This document shows positions 60,394-64,000 of a stretch of DNA of 64,000 nucleotides, piece by piece. The stretch comes from Podarcis muralis (taxonomy: Eukaryota). The translations under genes were made by a program, and so were the position numbers. The stretch spans positions 13,826,001 through 13,890,000 of the forward strand of contig NC_135672.1 of assembly GCF_964188315.1 (NCBI RefSeq), in the 5' to 3' direction. Every line of letters starts with the position of its first letter. The first letter of the stretch is position 1. Under the pieces are notes generated by a model. The model was not told the DNA's origin, searched no databases, and saw only the letters and a list, made by a program, of their open reading frames with translations.

Positions 60394-63300
60394 GTGAGCC
60401 TGGGCGCCCCGGGGGAGACTTCCCGGGGGGAAAGCGCCGTGCGTAATAGAGGCGCAAGGCTCGCCAAGCCCTCTTCATCCCTCCGGGGAGGAGGAGGGAG
60501 GACTCTGTCCATGCTCAGAAGCAAGCACCCCTTGGAAAAAAGGGCCTGGGAGGGACCCCATCAGAAGGAAGGCTTGGTTAACTTGTTGTCGTCTTCTTCT
60601 TATTATTAAATGTCCATTTTATAGTATTTAAGTACATCCTTCTTTGTTATCTCTTTGCTCATAGCAGCTAATCGACTTCCCTCCCTCCCCTTCATGGTTT
60701 TCGTCATTGTTTCTGTATCATCGCATTTGTACCTCTTCCAATTTACATTTCACTTATTATAATTGCCCCATATTTTAAAAAAGTTTTAAAAATTCATTAA
60801 CATTACAAGTCTGTTTAAATCAACCCTGCTAGTGTTGTTTGCAATTGTCCTTCCAATATTGTTTAACTTGTTGTCTTTTAGTACGTACGGTACTTAATAT
60901 TCTCTCCCCCCCCCCGCCCCACTTCCTTTTTAAAATCCCTGACATTGTTGTTAAAGTTCATTGCTTTCCAAACGTTGTTTGTCTCCTAGGTGAGTGGTCA
61001 GGAAACCCAGCCAGATGGGCGGGGTATAAATAATAAATTATTATTATTAATTATTATTAATTACTATTATCATAGCCCCCCCCCAGAAGGCATGTAGTCT
61101 CTGTAACCTGAAAATTCCTCAACTGCAACTTGTCTTGAGGTTCAAGTTGGATATTGAACTGGGATAGAGCATTTTTAAATAAAATCATGCAACCTCTGTT
61201 AAACATGCCAGTGTCTGTGTGAGAATCGTGGGCCTAAGCGTGCCATGTCTTTGCATCTCAGTAGGTCTACTCTGAGTAGGTAGTGACTGGCCCAAGGTCA
61301 GCCAGTGAACTTTGTGGCTGAGTGGGGATTTAAACCCGTCTCCCAGGTCCTAATGCAACACCCTGATCTCTGCCCCCACACTAGGACTGTAGGGCAAAGG
61401 GCTGGCAATAAAGCAATGAAATATATTGTAATAATGAATGTTTAAGCCCCTGGAGAAGGCTGCTCTGCTCTGTGCCTCTCTGCCCCCAAACAAAGCCCTC
61501 CTTTGCCACTATTGCATGTTCCACCCCCTTTTCTGCAGGTGGCTCTTTAACAGATGGGTTAAACTGGGGTCCCCTATCTCCCAAATTCAGTAATTAATTC
61601 CACAAGGTTAGTATTGCATACATGGGAATAAGCTGACGGGTGGAGTCTTGCCTCTAACCTTTAATAACGGGAGGCGATAAGAAACTTTAATTGCAAATTA
61701 CGACAGAAAGCTTTTCAGCACAGAGGTTCAGGTGTGGCTTCCAGGTATGGGGACATTGTGGGGTGTTTTGCAGTCCCTCCATCCTCCCGAAATTGGCAAG
61801 AGGCGACTTTTCGCTCCTTCCACGTGCCAAAGTTAATCTCCTTAGCATGTGATGCAGTGGGAGAAATCTTGGGAGATCTTTCCCTGCCCCTGACCTACTG
61901 AGAGTTGTTTGGAGACCTCTGTATTCCCCTCCCCAGAATCTGTTTCCTTTCCCCGGGAAGAGGGCTTGATTGTTAAACTACTCTGGGAATTCTAGCTCTG
62001 TCAGGGTCTCCTGAGACCTCTCAGCACCCTTAAAGGAGCGACAGTTCCCAGAATCATTTGGAAACGCTACTGCTTTAAACGTATATCGTGCAGATGAGGC
62101 AGTAAGTCACACTGAAATTACCACATCCCTTTATCAGAGCAACTTGCAATCTTCCCTTCTCTAGAGAAACCCATAAAAATGGTCCTTTTCATGTCTAATA
62201 CATGCCAAGTGTGTGTGATTGTTGGCATCTCTGTTCCCTTTCTGGCGCATCACACTAAACGGACACCCACCATCGCTTGTTGAAACTGACCCAAGAAGTC
62301 CCAGATCTGTCCAAATTCGTGCATGGATAATCTGACGTTTTCCAAAAATGCATTCAATTTCTTTTAGTCCCTGAGGACACAGGTGCCTTTAGCCACAGAG
62401 CTGGATCCAGCACACCCCCCCCCCCAGATGCACTTGCTCTGTCAGGGATCGGGGCCCCATCTGGGGGTTAGGCAACCCACTGCTCTGCCCAGGAACGCCA
62501 CCCCCTGGTTCTGAGGGAGAGGGACTTTTCCTGAGCTCCAGGTTGGTGCAAGGAAAATCACAAGCCCCCCGTTTGAAACTGACCAAGCTCTGCTAAGATA
62601 CCCAAACGGTTCTTGCCGCACACGACTGAGGAACAGCTAGGGGGGGGGACGGGATAATCTTAAACCGGAATATCAGGTTTGTCACGGAGCAGAGTCCTGT
62701 TGCAACGGCGCGGTTTGTGCAGGGCCGTTTCGTAAATGGAGAATTTACAAAAGCCTGCAGCCATTGCGAGTGTGGGAGGAAAGTGGCCTGTTCTGACCCA
62801 GGTTTGGAAACAGCCTTGTCAGGTGGATTATGGCTGCACACAAACACACGCTATACATTTAAAGCACCTTTCCTCCAGCAGAAAGAATCCTGGGAACTCT
62901 GAGCTTTTTGAAAAAAGCATGTTGAGAATTGTAGCTTTCTGAGGGATAAACTGCAGTTCCCACAATTCTTTGAGGAAGGGGGGGATGTGCTGTAAATGTG
63001 TAGTGTGTATGTAGCCCTGGTGGTGGTGTGCTAAGTGTGCCCCCCCCCCCATTTTATTGCATTCTCTTTTTCCCATACATTCTAAGCAAGTGAAAGGAAC
63101 CAACAAATTCTCAGCATTTCAGCTGCTGGTTCCTGACTGTTCTTCTGCCATGGAGAGTCGCTGGCTTTAGGGTGAAGCCTTGATTTTTGTTCTTGTTTAA
63201 AATGTTTTAAGCTCCTTGCCACCCCAAACTGAATGGCTTTTATTTGCTCTTCTATTTAGCTTCATTGTTTACTTTCTAAAAATGGTTTTATGGTTGCTTT

Positions 63301-64000
63301 ATTATTAATATTAGTCATTCTTGCCAACATAGAAGCCTCTTGTACAGAGGCGGGAGGCGGCCAAACAGGTGCAATTTTTGTAGGAGAATGAAGATCTGCA
63401 ACCCATGTATGTGTGGGTTAGTTATCAAAAGAAACAGGACACCTGCATTCAAAACATGGGCTCTTATACCCTCTCCAGCAGGAGAAAGCCCCCCAGCAAA
63501 CCTTAAAACAGGCAGAGGGCAAAGCAGTCTTGATCTTCCCCAGCTTACCTGGCACCAAGTTCTGCTGGCATCTACTGTATGTCAAGTCCAAAGTGCAGCA
63601 GTCGGGAAACACCGCCTGAGGGTCAATCCATGTAGCCAAAGTCCAGCAGTCAGGAAACGCACTCCAGAGACAAGCCCAAAGCCGAGGAGCAGTTGAGCAG
63701 CCCCAGCCCCTCTGCTGCCCTTTGGTGCCTTGCCGGCTGATTGCAGCATCTGGTCCTGACGACCAGGCGAGCTTCACCTGCCCTGAGCCTCCAGCTGAGG
63801 AAGAAAGAGCCCAGGGCTCCTGGTTAGGGAAAGGGGGCTGATTTAAAGAGAAACATGGAGGGCTGCCTTAGTTGGAGTCGCCCAGTGAAAAAGTGAGCAG
63901 CAGCAGCAGAATTCCTGGCCTTCACGGAACATTACGATAATGGTCATAACATAAGCATGTTTATTAAACTCCTTTCTTTCCTTCTGCGTGTGTTGAGTTG

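Noticed and set aside
63544-63720. Minus-strand segment with donor CCAG|GTAAGC and a duplicated 23-mer
   Set aside because: No convincing acceptor, no recognisable peptide and no partner exons.

Overview
This is eukaryotic DNA: a GC-rich, repeat-dense squamate locus. The SINE/MITE content suggests a lacertid lizard microchromosome, syntenic with human 19p13.11. Five protein-coding genes can be reconstructed by hand with GT-AG splice sites and consistent phases. (1) A 194-aa mucin-like type I membrane protein, most likely CIST1 (minus strand, 4 coding exons, 8462-12869). (2) Intronless JUND (minus, 19014-20048), whose basic region and the start of its zipper fall in a 140-N gap. (3) LSM4 (minus, 5 exons, 140 aa). 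(4) PGPEP1 (plus, 5 exons, 209 aa), head-to-head with LSM4. (5) Exon 1 of a REEP6-like gene (plus, 60279-60393). The rest is L2, CR1, RTE, L1, tRNA-derived SINEs, hAT and Tc1/mariner MITEs, a decayed LTR element and tandem repeats. I cannot establish a new biological system from sequence alone. The best leads are a 3-kb G-quadruplex-prone minisatellite that flips strand at a hairpin between the LSM4 and PGPEP1 promoters, a 161-bp LSM4 intron array carrying GATA and CpG-containing AP-1/ARE-like sites, five tandem p53 half-sites upstream of JUND, a copy of LSM4 intron 3 beside the JUND promoter, and CR1-tailed SINEs with two different tRNA heads. Also notable are a candidate frameshifting microexon into a fully open PGPEP1 alternative frame and an oriented set of CTCF-like motifs. 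Family names and mammalian comparisons are from memory, not database searches, and repeat boundaries are approximate.
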